The notes under the pieces are model-generated. The model did no database searches and had not been told where the DNA came from. It was given only the letters and a program-made list of their open reading frames with translations. This document shows positions 37,421 through 51,629 of a stretch of 64,000 nt of DNA, one piece after another. The translations under genes were made by a program, and so were the position numbers. The DNA comes from Vicugna vicugna (lineage: Eukaryota). Location of the stretch: contig MU058636.1 in the NCBI GenBank assembly GCA_013265495.1, positions 9,502,176-9,566,175 on the forward strand, in the 5' to 3' direction. Every line of letters begins with the position of its first letter. Within the stretch, counting starts at the first letter, position 1.

Positions 37421-39825
37421 AAAACTGGATTTGGAGTTAAACTGTGATCCGGTTTAAGATCATATAAGTTTTCACATGTTGCATATAGCTTTATTTATTA
37501 TATTGATCGTGACACAGCTGGCCCAGGGTAAACTTTAGAGACATAGTCATGTACACCAGCAATGTTAACTTGTGAGCCAATCTACATAACGAAGAAAGCT
37601 AGAGGGGCAGGCAGAAGTGCACTCGCTAGGTATTATTATCTTGACAACATTTCTGTTTTCTTTGGGGCTAAGAGTTAAGGTCAAAATAGCTAACTCTACA
37701 AGAGCTCAAACATGTAAGTTAGGGTTATCCATCAGGACCTGTCAAGTGAGGTTTCCCAGAAGCACTTCCTTCTTAAAAGCAGAAGCACCTGTCACAAAAC
37801 AAAACACTCCTGAAGGCGGTTTCATTTTTAAAAATCAAGCAAAAGAAGTCAGATAGTCCTCCCTTGTGTCCGCTCTCAGTGAACCCCAAATCCCCACCCT
37901 CCTCAACTCAGGACTTCCACAAGCTGATTCAACTGGGTTTCTCACCTCAGGGTCACAGCTCAACCTGCTTGTCAGAACACTTGCCAGATCGCTGCGTATC
38001 ACTGCAGAACGAGGCTGTCACTCAGCAAGGGTCAAGTGCCCGACAAATGGTACTGAAAGCTAGTTAGTGACTTTTTTGAATACTGTAACATAACCAGGTT
38101 CTGTCTAATTCCTTTCCAACTCACAGCAATAACAAAAAGCCACCTGCTCATAAAAACCACTTACATTAAAACCATCAAATCTTGGAAGAGCAGCAACATT
38201 CCACCAAAATGAAAATACTGCCATTAAAATAAGTCTTTCTTCTATGTTGCCTCAAAACCACATTTACAAGCATGTCTGTGGAAATGTTACATACATAAAC
38301 TCAGTCTGGAGTTTTGCAAGTCCGGTGCAAATATAAATATACTAGAAGAAGTTTGCTAATGATAGGAATTCTACAATAAATCTACCTCTAAAGAGTTACT
38401 GATTTATTTACCTTATGTTTGGCTTTTGATCATAGAATTTTTCAGTGGAGCCAGCAGAGACTCTTCCTTCAAATTACTAAGTAGATCAGCATGGAAGTCC
38501 CAAGACACTCTGAATACTAAGAGTCATCAAACTTTAGTTCGTCTCCTTTCACACCTTCCTTTCCATCTGCAACTGATGTCAGGTCAATTAGACCAGAGGA
38601 ATTTCCTCATTTCATAGCTCTAACAACAAACAAAATCCTTCCGTATTCAACACTACCAGGTAATTTTTTTCTAAGCATTTATACCAGTTACAATTGTGAA
38701 ACTAAGGATGATTTACGTGAAATGCATCATCAAGGCTGAGAAGGGAAGCTCCGATTCATTCTTCCCCTTCCTGGGATCGGTAGGTGAGCCCCATGCTTCC
38801 TCCTTCTAGGCCAAGAAAAGAGTGAGCATCTACAAATCCTAACACCTCAATTTCTGGAGGACAGATGAAGTAAAGTAGGAAGTATTATTAACAAAGAAAA
38901 AAAAACTGACATGAGGTTAAACCTACACAAAGGAAATCACTTAAATCATTAATATTTAAGCCACTGCCTAGAACCGTGGGGACCCAGGCTCAGGCACTGA
39001 CCTCTGGACTCAGGAGAGGGAGAGATTCGCAGGAACGGTCCATGCTAGAAAGGATTCCTAGCCTTGCAAATCGGTGATCTTAGTGCAAAGCAGGGTGTAT
39101 CAGAGTCTCCCGAAGGTTCTCATCCACCCTCCCTGTCCAGGGGCATATCCCCCAACAGCCTGATCTTCAGAATGGGTTCATTTGAACCAATGCCTTTCAT
39201 GATGTACAGGGCTATGTAAGATTCAATGACCTACAGTTAGGGCAGAGTAAGTATATTGGAAGGGTCAGGAATCATGAACTGGACCCAGATTCCCAACTAG
39301 AACAAACTCTGTGGGGAAGCAGGACAAGACACAGCCTCAGGTGCATCAGGCCAAATCAACCCAGCACAAGGCTAGCTGAGAGCACGGCGCCCAGTGGTTG
39401 TTCTGACCAGCTGTCCTGCCAGGGACACCCACCAGGAGCAAGAGCGCGCCCCGGGGAGGGAATACTGAAAGGGGGCATTCAAGAATCGTGCTACACAGAA
39501 CACGTAGCTAGCACCACGGAATTCTAGGGGCAATTCCCCGAGGGCAAAAAACAAAACAAAACATAAAATAAAGAGCTCTGGTCTTCCACGGACTGTGATG
39601 AACGGGGCAGATTAACACGTCGTGAAGTCAGCCACAGGGAAAGAAAGCTGAACTTCTGCCTTCAAGTCAAGGGGGACTTGGGTCTTTGATGCTTAGAGAG
39701 AAATCAGCTTCCAAAAGTGTGGCCATGTCGAGGCCAGGCAGCAGCAAATGTGGCAATGCTGAGCCAAAGGGCTACCTCGGACTCCTTAGCTCCTCCTGCC
39801 TGAGGCGTGGTGGTCCCAGCAGTTG

Positions 39826-39962
39826 AGATTCTCAACGCTGACTGCCCATTAGAACCACTGAGGCCAATCCAGTCACATCAGACTCTGGGAATGGGGCCCG
39901 GGAACTGGTATTTTTAGGTCTCAAGGTGATTTCCCCGGGCATCCAGGGTGGAGAATGACCGC
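39826..39962. mobile_element. MER5B-like DNA transposon
   Basis: 'attctcaacgctgactgcccattagaacca...atcagactctggga..ggggcccggga...ggtgatt...ccagggtggagaa'. Confidence 0.7.
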
Positions 39963-41169
39963 AGGACTGGGGAAGGACAACTCCTGGGTCATGTGTAGCC
40001 CAGCTCGTGGGGAAAGCCAACTGGACCTAAGCAGATGCTTGCTGGGACCCAGGCAGGATCTGAAAACATGGTCCATAATCAAATTCCACACAGACACCAA
40101 TTCTGCTCCTTTCTTTTAAAAACCGTCCTACCTTCCTGGCTCTGAGGGAGCTTAAGGTACCCGCAGCCTCTTAGGAAGGTCATTGAGACAGAAACAAAAA
40201 CCCTTGTTCTCAGAGCTTCAAACAACACTTCCTCCAAATTAGAAGCAAAGCCTCCCTATTTTTAAACTGCTCACTCTCCAGGGCCGCTTGTTACAATACT
40301 TACGCGATCCTTTTTTATTTTTCACTTTTTGTGATCCTTTTCTCTTGAATGGAATCTTAGAAAGCGGAACTTCAGAGGATCCAAAAATACCAACCGTCAC
40401 ATAGAGCCAGGTTCTGCTGTTAACAGATCACTTGCTGGATGTGTGTTTCATGTACATTTCATATGATGAAAAGGAGAAGAGAGGTTAAAAAATGAGAATC
40501 ACACTTCCCTTCCTCTACACGAAGAACTTCTGGCTTGATTATCAGGTTCACATTATTCGGTCTGCAGCAGAGACGCAGAATTTTATGCAGCAACAGGAAG
40601 GCTGATGAGATACGTTGAGTGCTGGGCGGTTTTTATGTGTGTTAGTCGTTTATTAACCACATACACACAGAGAGCAGTGAACTGGATGCTTTCCTCAAAT
40701 TACAGAAGTAAATGTAGTCACAATAAAGAGTCGTCATCTATCCAAATATCAACAACATGTCTAGGGGTGCCCACTGCACAGCAGCTGGAAGGTGCTCGAC
40801 TGTTGACTTGCTTTGCTGATAACTTCCTTTCTCAGCAGGTGGAAGAGAACAAAACGGGAGCTTGTGCACTGAGACTTCAATCTGACCAACCAACAAGGGC
40901 AGGCCAATTCATGGAGGGAAAATTAACGGGACACTGAAGGAAGTGGTCCTCTTCATCCCCTCTTTTAGACCCTCCCTCATCATTTCTTGCCCATCCCACT
41001 GGCTTTCTCATTGCTTCTACTCACCCTGACCCCCAGGACACCACACCTCCTCTCACTAGGGCATCATCCTCACTGCCACCGGGGGAAGCATTTTGCCATC
41101 TAACTTTTGTGATGGCAAAAGGAAGAATGCTTCCTCCAAAGACAATAACCTCTCTCCTCTTTAACAAGC

Positions 41170-41640
41170 CCCTAGCACTAACCATTTGACCAACATTGTG
41201 TAAGTGCTTAACCAATGTTAACTCAACTAAGGGATAAATTGGGAGTTTGGGATTTGCAGATACTAACCACTGTATATAAAATAGATAAACAACAAGGTCC
41301 TACTGTGAGCACAGGGAACTATACTCAATACCTTGTAATAGCCTATAATGAGCAAGAATATGAAAAGGAATATAAATATATATAAAACTGAATCACTATG
41401 CTATATACCAGAAATTAACACATTGTAAATCGACTATACCTCAATTTAAAAAAAAAGTTACCTCAATTAATCCTCACAAAAACTTGCTTCACAAGGTCGC
41501 TGATGTTTTAACTTCATTTTGCAGATAGGGAAACTGAGGCACAGGTGGCTTAAACGACCCACCCAAGGTTACATGGCTAGTAAGGGGCGCAGCAGGACTC
41601 AAGCCTGCGCAGTCTCGCCTCAGAGTCTGCGCTCCTAACA
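41170..41640 (-). mobile_element. MIR SINE split by an L1 insertion
   Basis: 'ttaatcctcacaa...cattttgcagatagggaaactgaggcaca...cccaaggttacatggctagtaag' on the right; MIR tail-like sequence to the left of the L1. Confidence 0.8.
41231..41453 (+). mobile_element. L1 3' end insertion
   Basis: 'gggataaattgggagtttggg...cagggaactatactcaata...aaaaaaaaa'; approximate TSD aatgttaactcaactaa (41214-30) / aaagttacctcaattaa (41454-70). Confidence 0.92.
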
Positions 41641-44600
41641 CGCCCACTGTTGTCAGTATGGCCAAGTGCAAGCTTGCGAGGACAACAGAAGGCCCCCGGG
41701 TCAGTCCATGACCAAGCTGTCCAGCCTGACTGTGCACTGCAGTCCTCATGCACCCCGTGCCCCACAAGCCAAAGCGGCTGACTTGCTTTTCTCCACACGT
41801 GCACTGGTGCACCTCCACGCACAGGCAACGTTCTCTCACCTCTTACAGCCCTCTGTGGACCCTTTAAGATTCAGCTGGCATACCATCATCTAGATGTCGT
41901 ACCATCTTCTCTCTACAACGACTACAGGCAGGTCTACTAGACCGACTCTCTTCCATTTCGAATTTCCCTGGGTCTTGCTACACCTGACAGAAAATTCAGC
42001 ATGCTTTGCTTATAATTCCCTGTGTACTTGTCTATTCCCTCTTCCCCACAGCCCCCAAAAGACAATTTTTTTCTGTGTATTATTCACACAGGATCTGATA
42101 TAGCATCTCCCTTGTTGATTTCAGTTACATTACATTCTCATGGACAATGCAGAAATATGGCCCAAATGGTAGTATGGCTAAATGGAATCACAGATATTAA
42201 TCAACTCTCTCCAAAGTGTGTTGATAAGTGGACAGTCACCCTGGTAGGAAGCTTCTGGTGGTGGGCAACTCTCCTATGTTCTTGGTCCTCTCAGTCAGTT
42301 TCAGGCAGACACAGAAGGAATATTTATCAGGTCATTGGAGGATGCACAAATTCAAGAGGAACAGAAAATCGAGAACATGACAAAATCAGCTCAAACAATA
42401 GGTTGAAACGAACATAACTGGACTATCATATGAATAAGCATAAAAACCTGAAGCCAGCAGCACTAGAATGTAGGGCGAAGGAAATATAAACTCAGAAGTC
42501 TGCAGGGAAGGAAAAAAAAACAAATCTGCCTCGATCCATGCTAACTGCACAGCCTTGGACAATGTACATAATCACTTTGAGCCTTTATTTAATCCTCCAC
42601 ATAATCTTATACTTTAGAATATATACATATAAAATGCCCATTATACAGAAAGTATTTCTTGTTACCAGTATTGTCACTATTATTATAAGAGGTTAAGGTT
42701 TCTGGAAACTCAATACCAGCCCACGATGTGACGTGATTACTAAGGAGTTAGCAACGGCGTTAAGTTGCATGAATAGATACGAAGATCCACATCATAAGAG
42801 GAATGAGCCATCTGGACTCTTCATTGGTCAGAGAATTCTGCGATGGGACTGGATTCTGGAGAACATTCCAGAGTGATGCCCAAAAGAGAATGTAAAAGAC
42901 CTGAGAGAGAAACCCCAAGAATGGAATTTACTTTTTTTTTTTTTATCATTTTCTCCCACAGCAGCCCTGCTCTCTAAGCAGGTGTATCGATACAAGGCCC
43001 ATTTATTTTGCAAAACATGAAAAAGTAAGTATAAGTTCCAGAATTAACGCTGGTCTTAGAATCAGTGAGAGAAGAGGGACGGAGAGGAGCATAACGGAGC
43101 AGAGCTTTAGGGGAAAGAAAGGCTCCGTAAATACACGGGGTGAACTTCAAGGGAGCGCTAACATTATCTTCACACAGAAAAGAAAGGACCGTCTGCTTAG
43201 TCAGGTTGGGGAAGGACAGGAGAAGACGACGGCACAGATAAAAGGTAAGAAAAAGCAAGGGCCGACGGCAGGGTGGTTGAAGTATAGACGGGTCCTACTT
43301 TAATGATGTGAAGAACGTACTGATGGCATGAAACGTGAAACAGATGCTTCGATAAAGGGGAAGCGAGAGGTTAAGGGATACAGGAACACAGCTGTACCCC
43401 TGGGAATTAAGTAGTCAACAAATATTCCTTTAGTATAAATGCTGAGGAAAAGCCAATGCATACTGATTTTATATAGACTAGATTCTCATCCAAATAAGCA
43501 TGGTTTAATGAGCTTTGTTTAAAAGAAAGATGCAATTGACAGGCAGGTCCTGGAAAAAAACCAGGCAGGGGGAGAGTCTAAGTGGGTTCATAAAAATCAC
43601 ATTTATTAACACGCCTTTCAAAGTTCATTACAATTGTGTATCACATAATTCGCAGGATCTGAACATATTTGGAGCTGGTACCATTGCCTGACTCAGAGGG
43701 TCACTAAAAGAAAAAAGACCAAGACCTTGAATCCTTGACCCTCTGGAATATTCTGCGGCTGTCTGGTTTGATGTGTGGACGGTACACTGTGCAAGAGGAG
43801 AAGGGTATATGGTTTTTCAGAAAACTCTGACCTTCTTTGGCTAAAAGCACCTTGAAGGAATCAGCCAGACGTGACTGCCTCTCCCCACACCTACCACGCA
43901 ACAGCGGGTTTAGGGGGAGATGAGACAGATGGGTCTCCTGCTCTCAGGGAGCTCAAAAGCCATCAGGTGGGGTGAGTGTAACACAACTGGGCACAGAAAT
44001 AAGGAACTGTTTCCATGGGAATTGTTGTAAGTAGAAAAGGGCACTAAAATCACGTATAACTGGGGGTTCTGCCCAAGTCTGGGGTACACGGAATGATGAG
44101 AACATCAAATCAACAAAGAAAACAAAACTTGAATAATTCTACTCCCCACCAGGAGTGGCCATTTTGCTACATGGCTGATGAAATCATGGCTAGAACACAC
44201 GCCCAGCAGACAGAAATGAACCATGTGTGTATATTCTATAATCTAATGGAACCTAGAGTCTCCTTCTTGAGCAGCTGATGACATGGCCGGGGCTGTTTCT
44301 TCGTTCTTTCCTGATAGATTTGTGCTGGAAGATTTGGACCGAGCGAGACAAGATCAATGCTACAGGACAACAGGAGTGGAAACCATTACAGGCTCTGTGG
44401 TCAGGACAGCCTGTGTCAGGTTTCCAGTTTTGCACTGAACCCAGGAGCTTTCTGACAGGAGTGTCAAATGGGGGCTGCTTCGGGTTATGTAGTTCTTACT
44501 TCCTGTGTCCTTGGTACTTAGCCTCGCCTGTGGCTGTCAGCCTTCCCCAAAGAGATTACAAAGTCAGTAGGATGGGGAAATACTCACATCCGTCTTTTTA

Positions 44601-46769
44601 TTTGCATCCCAGGAACTGCCCTGCACGAGCCACGGGTCTGACCAAGTTACTAGAATTACATATTTAAGAAGCTCCAGTGACTCCTGTTAGACATAAGACT
44701 TGAAGTCATAAAAATTTAAGCTAGAAAATCAGAGATTTGGCTCTGGTCTCTCTCCTATTTGGTTCAGGTTTGAAGTTCATGGCTGAGCTCTAAATCGTAC
44801 ATCTCATCTGCTTCACTTGAGACGAGCATCTGAAAAGAGAAGCCATCATTTGAGCTTTTGTTCAGGGTAAGGAAAAGGACCTGGGGGGCCACCCGATGAC
44901 TTGAGCCCGGAACTCCGACAGAAGCACGCTTTGGCACATTCTCCGCTCTGGCTTCAGAGTACAGGCCAGCTCCACACTCACTGAAATACTCCAGTCCTGC
45001 CCTATCCCCTGGAACCAGGCTGAATCTGCTTCTCCACGGGGATACTTACTGCTCACCCATCAACTTACAAGTCCTCCCTCTCCCCTCTGATTGAAAAGAG
45101 CCAGCCCTCTGAATACCGTGCAAGCGGACTTAGAAAGGGAAATCAAAGGACTTCTAATCAGGCCCCTCAGTCACCTCCCAGTGCCTTCACAGCAGCGTGG
45201 AGACCCCGGAGAGGAAGGGTGACGGCAGGCCCAGCAGCACCCTGAGGAGCCTGAGCGTCGGGCTGCAGGGCACCCTGCTCCCTCCCGGACGCCAGCCCCT
45301 AGGACGGACAAGTGTCCCGTGCGGCTGTGCATTCACCAGAGTGTCACCTCTGCAAAGGAAAGTGGAATTTCCCCATCTCGCTCTATGAGATTAAAAATTA
45401 CTTCCACTTTAGGGAAAGTGGCAGGCGAGATAAAACACCATGAGAAATGGAATTTACGAGCTGCTTCTCGTACATCTGGGCTACAGTTCTTGCACTTGTC
45501 ACCCCTGTTGACAAGCTTAAAATAAAACCCTGACTTTTATTTTTAGGTCCCCAAATAGTCTTCCAGGAATTCCCTTTAAATTCATTTTCCCCCTTCGGCA
45601 AGAAGAATTAACACTGAATAAATAACAAATGTATTTCTTGTGTTGCTTAGACCCTTGGGAGGAAAAAAACATGTATATGACTAGACTTTCCAAACAATTA
45701 CTCTCTTGTTAAAAGAGAGAAAGATGCCTAAGGCAATGCCAGTTAGCTTCTGTTTAAGACAGCTGGAGAGCAGGGTCACTATTGCCCAGGGCCCGATGAG
45801 CAGAGATGTGACTGCCAAGAAATCAAATATAAAATCTGTGCTAATTCCCTCATTTCTATCTAAACATATTTCATGATCGAGCCCTTGCGTTCTTTGTCTA
45901 TTGATTCCATAGACATCCACGAGTCCCGACCACGTTCAGAGTCGCAGGGATGAAGAGGACTAGCTGGCTGGACACCTAGCGTGTTCATGCTGAGGGAGGT
46001 AAGGCTCTGTACTGGAAATGCACGAGCATGCTCTCATTCCAAGTCTAAGGACATAGCAAGAACACATAAACCTTCTTGAACTGACCGAATCTGACATTCT
46101 CATCTCCAATACACAAACGGGGGCTCCAGGATTCAGGAAAGCCCAGTAGCTTGCCCAGCTAGTCAGAGGCGGAGTTGAAATTCAAACAGTCTATTCTAGT
46201 CTAACTTCTGCTTTTTCCAGTGTCCTGAGCTGGGGAACAAAAAACACGATCTTGTACTCAAAGGACTTATGGTCCAGAGGAAGAAAATACACAGATAAAA
46301 TAAGCAACCACAGCACGATGTAAATGAAAACCAAGTGATAATTTAAAAGAAGTTTTGCACAAAGTGCCAAGAAGGAGAACATTTTATAGAAGAGGGAGGT
46401 ACGTGCTGAAGCTTCTCCGAGGACTGATTTATCCAAATCAAGGCCAGACCTGGCACTTTTGATGTGCTTAACATAATGCATGACGCACAGTAAAAAAAAA
46501 AACCAAAAAACCTGTTGAATTATTAAATGAGTGAGAGGGACTTTTTTAGATGGACATCAAGTAGGACAGCATTACTAAAGAAGAGGGTGTGTGAGACAAA
46601 GACCTCAAAAAAAGCCGAGCTCCCTTTCTGGGAGCTGGAAGAGGGTGGGAAGAAGAGTTGGAAGGGAGGTGCCCCACGCGTCAGACAGGGCCCGTGGAGT
46701 AAGAATTGAACTGAAGCCGCCTGTGGATGACGGGACATTCCGCCACTGGGACCTGTACAGTGTGGGTGC

Positions 46770-46875
46770 TCAAGATCAGTGCTACCGCATCTCACAAACC
46801 CAAAGGGCACCATCCACTTTCTATTTGCTATGAATAGCGCCCCCCGGAATTGGGCACATGGAGGTCGCGCCAAGG
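46770..46875. mobile_element. MER91-like palindromic DNA transposon relic
   Basis: 'agggcaccatccac...tgaatagcgccccccggaattgggcac' resembles the MER91 core 'ggggcgccattcac...gtgaatggcgccccctggagttgtgca'. Confidence 0.55.
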
Positions 46876-49120
46876 TAGATAAATGATGTTACAGACCTGT
46901 GACCGGACAGGGAAGCAGCAAATAAAAAAAGCTGAAAAACCACAGTGAGAGTTCCAACTAACATAGCATCAGAGACAAGGAAGGTTCTCAGAGGACATTC
47001 CCTGTCAGAGTTACAGGGCTGGTTACAGCATCGAGCAGAAACTCCATCTGAAACCACTACCTTCTGCTTGCTAGAGATAGGGAGATAATCAGTTAATTAA
47101 AAATCCTAACAAGGGTGGCGTTCATGAGGTATCTACAGTATTACAAGCAATATATACTTAACCGCCTCAGCTTTTCACAGAGTAACTATGTGCAAGTTAA
47201 CTCATGCCAGGATCATGTATTACAGCTAATAAACAAACCATGGCTTTTTCCAACGATCCGAATAAGAAAAGTTTACTTAAGAGCATCTGTTAAAAACGAT
47301 ATAGACACGGACCATTCCCTAGTGACATACTGTTAGGAAATATCCTTTTTGTTTTTTCCTGGATACACTGCCTCTAGTTGGAATAGAAAAAGAAGCTGTA
47401 CTGATAGAAATGGCTGTCATGCAGAAGAGAATTCATAAACCTCATTGTCCCTGTGTCAACAGCTGTGCCTTACAGTCTGTTCCCCTGTAGGCACAACAAA
47501 CTTTTGAAAACAAAGAAGCAAATTAAAGTCACCTAAATGAAACGGAAGGGGTTATCCAAAATGGACTTGGAGGCTCTGGTAAGGCTGCAGATAACTCAAG
47601 TCAAAACAATGCTGTGGGGCTGGAACAAGCATGTACCTTGAGAAATAAAACTGAACCACATGGAAGTTCTACACTTAAAGTAGGAATTTACAAACCCTGA
47701 GCTCTAGGCTGCAAAAGCGAGTTGGACCTCTTGCAGAGCCTTGCAAGTACCACAGCTCTCCATCCACTGCCGAACGGTGGGTCTGGGTGGCCTGGAGGCT
47801 CGGCAAACCTCCTGACAAGATTCAACCAGCAGGTTAAGAGCATGGGAAGCTTGACCAAAGAGTAAATAACTCTGGCTGAACAAGTAACACTCTACGGTCA
47901 TAATTTCATCATTCAACCCTCTGCCACAAGTACGCTCAAGAAAAGCGAGTCATGGACAAAAGGTCACGTGACACAAGCAAAGCCCCGTGAAGAACCACTG
48001 ATGCACTTTACCAGCAGCTGTAGAAAGGCAACCAGAAAAACAGGTGTGACTTGTATATTTTCAAGTACCGTCGAGTGTTTCTGCTTTTTGATCTTTTATT
48101 ATTGATTTATGCTTCCAAAAGCCCGCATGTCAGCTCTATATAAAATATAATGCCAACAATAAGACTGTGAAACATAGAAATTCTGAAAATGGTCCCTGAA
48201 CCATCTTCCCTTTGTCCCTCTCGCCTGGGTGGTTGCAGCGCAGGATAATGCCACCTCCTGCCTGATAATCTGCCCACCCTCCAGTATGCGCCCACCTCAA
48301 ACCACTTCTTTGCTCTGACGATCAGAATGCTCTTTCAAAGAACAACACTGATTCTGCTCCTACCCTGTTCAGAAACCTCCAGCGGCCCCCAGATGCCTAC
48401 AGATGAAGTGTGAATGCACTCGCCCCACCATGCAACCTCAACTGATGTCTTCCAATCTAACAATCACCACTGCTTTTCTAACACCAACCATGGTTTTTCA
48501 GCTTATTTTTGCCTCAGCAACACCGTGTTGTTTGCCAATAAAATCTTACACAGAATCTAAATAATATAAAGCAGATAAAATGGTTTCTTATTAGAATGTA
48601 TGTATTTCAGATATTCAAATTTATATCATTTTTTTTCTTTTTAGGAAGACAAATACTAATACTTTTTAATTGTACCATATATATATATATATAGTCCACG
48701 GGACTGAAAGTGAAGAACCCCAGACTTTGAAAGTAAGGTAAATGTGGCTGCCTTCTATGGGTTAAAGTTTTAAACAACCCAAGGTGAGAAACATAGTCAT
48801 CTTTCATAGAGACAGATGGTTTGCAGACCAGCAAAATACAAACAACTGTAACCCTGTAGCACAGGTTAAGGGCTATGGGGCCCCAAGCTATGTTTCAGAA
48901 GACTAGTTCCATAAAATGTTAGTAAGTGTCCAAAGAAAGAAATGCACGATCAAATAACACTGGAACCCACTGCACACCGTATCGCCCACCAGCAAATTGG
49001 TGGTGGTACCTTCTCATCATAACTCAGAAGCTGGTTAAAGTTATTTGGCCCACAACTTTTCACACTTACTGTCTTCAAATCATTCCTGACACCATTTTTT
49101 GAAAGAACACTCATCGATAT

Positions 49121-50025
49121 TGTGATTTACAACAAACAGATAGTTTGATCTTCATCCTTGGGTCCATTATTTGGCCCACAAGCTCCCCAAACCCTCGAAA
49201 TGCCCTGAGTGGTAACAGTGATGGGGGCATCTTCTGTTATAATATTTGGTCTCTTCAAAGCCGTAAAGGCGAAATGGGTGTCATTACTCATAACAAGACC
49301 TTTGGCACCACAACTGGGTTCATGTTAATGAGGTGACTTTTAGAAAGCCCCTAAGGATGAGGCTGGTTGTCAGGGAAACCCAGCCTTGACTAGAGGGATG
49401 GAACTTTCAGTAACCCCCCTGATTTGGGGGGAGGGGAAAGGGGCTGGAGGTAGAATCAATCACCAGTGACCAGCGATTTAACCAATCATGCCTATGTAAT
49501 GAAGCCTCCAGAAAAACCCTAGAGGAGGGAGTTCAGAGAGCTTCCAGTTTGGGGAACTAGAACACCCCATGTGCCACCCTGCCAGGCACCAAACTCCACC
49601 AGGATGGAACCTCTTCTGTTGGACCTCCTTGCTCTATGTATCTCTTCATCTGACTGATTCATATCCTTTAATATATTTGTATCTCTTAATAATTCTTTGT
49701 AAAAAATTGGTAACCTAATGAGTAAACAGGTTTCCTGAGTTCTGTTAGCAAATTAATCAAATCCAAGGATGGGGGTGGGAGGGGTCATAGGAACCTCTGA
49801 TTTACGGCCAGTAGGTCAGAAGCACAGGTAACAACCTAGGCTTGTGATTTGCATCTGAAGTGGAGGGCAGTCTTGTGGGACTGAGCCCTTAAACTGTGGA
49901 ATCTGATGCTATCTCTGGGTAGAGAATGTCAGAATCAAGTTGAATAGCAGGACACCCAACTGGTGTCACAAAATTGCTTCTTGGTGTGGGGGAGCCCCTC
50001 CATGATGTTGGCATTGGGTACTGAA
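49121..50025 (+). mobile_element. MER21-like LTR
   Basis: Starts 'tgtgattta'; internal 'taatgaggtgact...ggctggttg..aggg', 'ttaaccaatcatgcctatgtaatgaagcctcc', 'cctgagttctgt', 'ggactgagcccttaa..ctgtgg'. Confidence 0.85.
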
Positions 50026-50279
50026 TCTATAACCCATTAATACAAGTTTCCTGAAAAGTAGCTTGGAAAATACTGCTATAATCAACCTGATACTAGCTAC
50101 TCTCATCTCATGCTATAAACATCTCTAAAACACAAAATTAAATAAAGGAAACAGAAGAATTGTCATCTTGGGAATTTAGGCTGCTCAGAGACTAGTAATT
50201 TGTATGTTCATATTCGATTCCAGAAGGTAGTTAAAAGATGTAGGTGGTCTAGTTCCCTACTAACATTTGGGCATATGGA

Positions 50280-50680
50280 TGTATTAATTAGTTAGAGCAC
50301 AATCTAGGCTGCTGAAACAAAGAGCACCCCCTCAATAGGAGTTTAAACAAGACACTGGTTTATTTCTCCCTGGAGAACATTCCATGGTGGCAGAGTGGTT
50401 CTGCCAACCTCTACACATGGCTTCCCTCTTGAGTAGAAGGTGAGAGCTCCATCACCATCACATGTACATCTGAACAGCAGCAAAGAAAACAGAAAAGGAA
50501 CGATGCACACCCATTCCTCGCAGGGTCCTGACCTGGAGTACCCCACATCGCCCCACATCACCCCACATCACTGCCATCTACCTCCCATTGACCAGAATTT
50601 GGTTACCTGCCAAACAAGCTGCAAAGGAAGCTGGCAGATACCCCTGACCTGGGGTGCTGATGGAAAACCAGCGTTACAGA
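50280..50680 (-). mobile_element. Old MLT1 LTR relic
   Basis: 'tgtatta.ttagttag...ctaggctgctgaaacaaa...gtttaaacaagacactggtttatttctc...cccattgaccagaatttggt...agctgcaaaggaagctgg'. Confidence 0.7.
50541..50570. repeat. 10-bp tandem repeat, 3 copies (ccccacatcr)
   Basis: ccccacatcg ccccacatca ccccacatca, read directly. Confidence 0.9.
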
Positions 50681-50764
50681 GCCCTGATAAAGACGTAACC
50701 AATTAAAATAAGGGAGCCCTCCCTATTGTCAAAGCCCATGGCAAAAATGGAGATTGTGGGTGTG

Positions 50765-51252
50765 CGGTAGTCCCCTCCTATTCGAAGTTTCACTTTCTGC
50801 AATTTCTGTTATCCACCTCCTGGGTAAACCAAGGTCAGAAAATATCAAATGTAACATTCCAGACATAAACAACTCACGTGTGTTAAATCGCGTGTCGTTC
50901 TGAGTAGCGTGATGAAATCTCGGGCCATCCAGCTCCATCCCACCCAGGACATGAATCATCTCTGTCCAGCGTATCCCGCCTGTTAGACACTTTGCATCTG
51001 TCTCTGTTATCAGATTGACTGTCCTGGTGTGGCACTGCTTCATGTGCTCAGGTTACCCTTACTTTACTAAATAATGGCCCCAAGGTGCAAAAGTAGTCTT
51101 GCTGGCAATTCAGATATTCATAAACTAAACTTTATCACAGGCGTGTGTGTGTGGGACAAAACGTAATACACATATGGTTCGGTACTTGCCGTGGTGTTAA
51201 GGTACCCACTGTGGGGCTTGGAACATATTCCGTTGGATAAGGGGCTTTACTA
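50765..51252. mobile_element. MER44-type (TcMar-Tigger) DNA transposon
   Basis: Terminal inverted repeats 'cggtagtcccctcctattc' / 'ggataaggggctttacta'; interior 'gttctgagtagcgtgatgaaatctcg', 'ataatggccccaa'. Confidence 0.88.
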
Positions 51253-51607
51253 TGCTTTTTGAAAGTACAGTGTTATTTACCCCATTTCTACAGCAAACAA
51301 GAAGACAAGTGGTCTTGTACATTTCCAAGTCTGAAACCGGACAACGATGCCACAGACACCTCCCCACTTCTCTGCGGCCACAGACAACATTCCTCATTCT
51401 TCCATTTCCCAGCTGTCAAGTTCCCGAGGAACAATCCATATTTGAACTTCAGGTGACAGTCACAGTCACAATCATTTTAGGCCGGCATGCTGGGCAGCAC
51501 ATGTAATTGGATCACATCCTCAGTATAAAATACATAAGCACCCTTTTTTATGCTAGTTAAGAACATTCCGAAAAGTCAAAACCATGCTTTGCTTTGCATA
51601 CGCTCTA

Positions 51608-51629
51608 CACACACACACACACACACACA
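51608..51629. repeat. (AC)n microsatellite, about 11 units
   Basis: Read directly. Confidence 0.9.
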